Positions 63,201 through 64,000 of a stretch of 64,000 nt of DNA are shown one piece after another (position 1 is the stretch's first letter; each line of letters starts with the position of its first letter). The stretch spans positions 2,463,005 through 2,527,004 of the forward strand of contig CBDFHN010000002.1 of NCBI GenBank assembly GCA_965247735.1. Direction: 5' to 3'. The DNA comes from Flavobacteriaceae bacterium (GTDB taxonomy: Bacteria; Bacteroidota; Bacteroidia; Flavobacteriales; Flavobacteriaceae). Under the pieces are notes generated by a model. The model was not told where the DNA came from. It saw only the letters and a program-made list of their open reading frames with translations, and made no database searches. The position numbers were made by a program, and so were the translations under genes.

Positions 63201-64000
63201 TTGTCGCCCAATACCTTTTGGCATTTTTCTTATCCTGATTCTTCTCCTTAAACCCTATCAAACATCCTGACACGATTTCATTATACTTATCATTACTAAT
63301 TCCATGATAAAAAATTGGAATAAAGTCTTCAGGTAAAATAATTCTATCTCCGCTTGGAGTTAAAAAGCCATAGTAGTATTTCCCATCCTTGTTATTATCA
63401 CTTACTTTTCTACATTTACCATTATCACAGATATATTTTTTTTCATTAATAGCAAACTTTTTCCCTAGGGAAGATGATACATGTTCCCCAGCACTTTCAC
63501 TCTGAAACAAATAGAACTGTAATCCTGGCTCATGTAATTTCTGCCAATCCATATGAGAAAAAGCAGTACCAGTGCCATAATCCATTAAGAGCTTTGTATT
63601 GCCTTGTTTGGTATTGTATTCTGTAAATGGATGTTTTAATCCAAATACCCCATGGCCAAGTTCGTGTGCTATAGTACGTTCTTGTTTATTTTGGTTAAAA
63701 ACAAAGCCATATTGGCGTTTTAGGGGCATAAAACCATCAATAGCTTCTTTTGTAGTTGGCATATCCGTTAAGAAGATATAATACATCTCTGCCTTTGTGC
63801 CTTTTTGTTTTTGATAATAGCTAAAAATGGCACGTTCTTCTACAGTATAATTGGCCAAAGTATTACTATCTCCAATATCAAGTTTGCCATTTACATTTTC
63901 AGTATCCCAAGCACTTTCTGGAATGGAAAGCGGATCGGCAACGGTGATATTAAAATTAATTCCAGCCTTATTGTAAATTTCATTTACTGTAGTTTTTATG
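60220..64000 (-). CDS. Very large (>1259 aa) protein with a zincin-like HExxH metallopeptidase motif near its N-terminal part. The 5' end lies beyond the window.
   Basis: IAHELGHGVFGLKHPF (HExxHxxxGxxH). The reading frame stays open from 63858 to the window edge (IKTTVNEIYNKAGINFNITVADPLSIPESAWDTENVNGKLDIGDSNTLANYTVEERA...). The rest is long, alpha-helical and K/E/D-rich. Confidence 0.6.
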   Translation of the reverse strand, partial: IKTTVNEIYNKAGINFNITVADPLSIPESAWDTENVNGKLDIGDSNTLANYTVEERAIFSYYQKQKGTKAEMYYIFLTDMPTTKEAIDGFMPLKRQYGFVFNQNKQERTIAHELGHGVFGLKHPFTEYNTKQGNTKLLMDYGTGTAFSHMDWQKLHEPGLQFYLFQSESAGEHVSSSLGKKFAINEKKYICDNGKCRKVSDNNKDGKYYYGFLTPSGDRIILPEDFIPIFYHGISNDKYNEIVSGCLIGFKEKNQDKKNAKRYWATIDKEVFSGYDEYQYQEIKIEGDDNSVVIGLPYGGKSQLFWKNYKFKKALSSYSGSKNILKITSETFKELAFFENGDVLTSKPIGGVDKLIGNSQLSVSEKELSLLRGDYNIDWAAVTKNLLENSNRNNVIVSHNEKPEVFLIIKIAEIYNRYPHIFTDFTKFFDNWDFGLPDRYDFTIGYWDEKNIMRSKSPEYQKWKNNISNEPSEELYDFYNQFLKELLVFITKKAKDNRDCLSSNFNSKTIEEVFECIRRASIKEIDALEVSKKIDAIIKIIQDDVLSDTEEIEIARLLKSIAKNPNAANMALFDLINEKITVKGHIIKRDSREPKIKDQVYPLWEVLAKVIQDEVVFWGENNKQGVFGSINKIYLNSDTFKEQLKEKIKELDNIQTTLTFDQLEKLHEHTGTYINDYQNIIRRAWSDIGAHPLFMNYESNDYYKSVDASIADHKIVLQQIIKRGLLPGDFQKTETLDPFKMVSFLNLSKSRLLKDYVLTDSKGKHIPQFLPALAVYYASEVDRLQTQEDIIVTTIDIATLIGSGGTSSLNSFGKFLYYADKVSSISSIVGTATREDHPEVSAYLNMLSAAAGATSAVSIFAGAKIKTKKITDIIDTDANVVERTKALAAYINDPKNASTIAKLNEKEINGTIELLVRDIKDFDGANIDTNTLKKALEKVTDGINKVSDDLFPILRKKLADLKVPHINDILIKVDDINKGLGNKKMSDILDRLLSYDNFENPKNVNDWLNTSIIDYGSKKGVLKKEAAYDLINEIEEGIHYLKSGKKVNISKKLNKDTNEIDVLLKEERIIVECKRVHSDSEKTMYQRIGKIYQKFIDEGKLTAEAKQQYPISIGQIRIDGDVPFKNLDKQQIVDQMKDYFSKMETSNLVYRYTRDLSILKEFHVINNKGRIIIKAEDWLHPLEKLIKKKNADILKKWIKESDLKQSYLEKLYGLDGAVLTKLSEDIENSASLRKIVNNPKGLSAWQLYRKSFPTQPLCL

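Overview
This is a low-GC Bacteroidetes chromosomal window, probably a flavobacterium, because it carries the gliding-motility pair gldD-gldE in the published Flavobacterium johnsoniae synteny mutY-ssb-gldE-gldD. Most of it is housekeeping or ordinary accessory genes; named features are listed under features. No tRNA, rRNA or CRISPR array was recognised. Three regions look accessory or unusual. The first is a membrane-stress operon (YbjN-like, PspA, NfeD/YqiJ-like, flotillin) that continues, across a repeat-flanked GIY-YIG insertion, into a 1626-aa protein with a C-terminal MoxR/AAA_5-type ATPase domain. The second is an XRE/S24 repressor with palindromic operator candidates next to a 903-aa Upf1-like SF1 helicase. 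The third is a four-gene, translationally coupled operon at the 3' end: a >1259-aa HExxH metallopeptidase-domain protein running off the window, a 270-aa acidic protein, a secreted C3/iota-like ADP-ribosyltransferase-fold protein, and a 121-aa acidic protein, followed by a 789-aa outer-membrane protein. This looks like a toxin/immunity cassette. Other points of note are an MurNAc-L-alanine amidase gene with a single-nucleotide frameshift, an orphan UmuD-like gene without umuC, an unannotated 29-aa highly basic ORF resembling ribosomal protein bS22, and an ECF-sigma/FecR-linked 1317-aa protein whose Plug domain sits at the extreme C-terminus with no barrel after it. All calls rest on reading motifs in the ORF translations. 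No database search was run.
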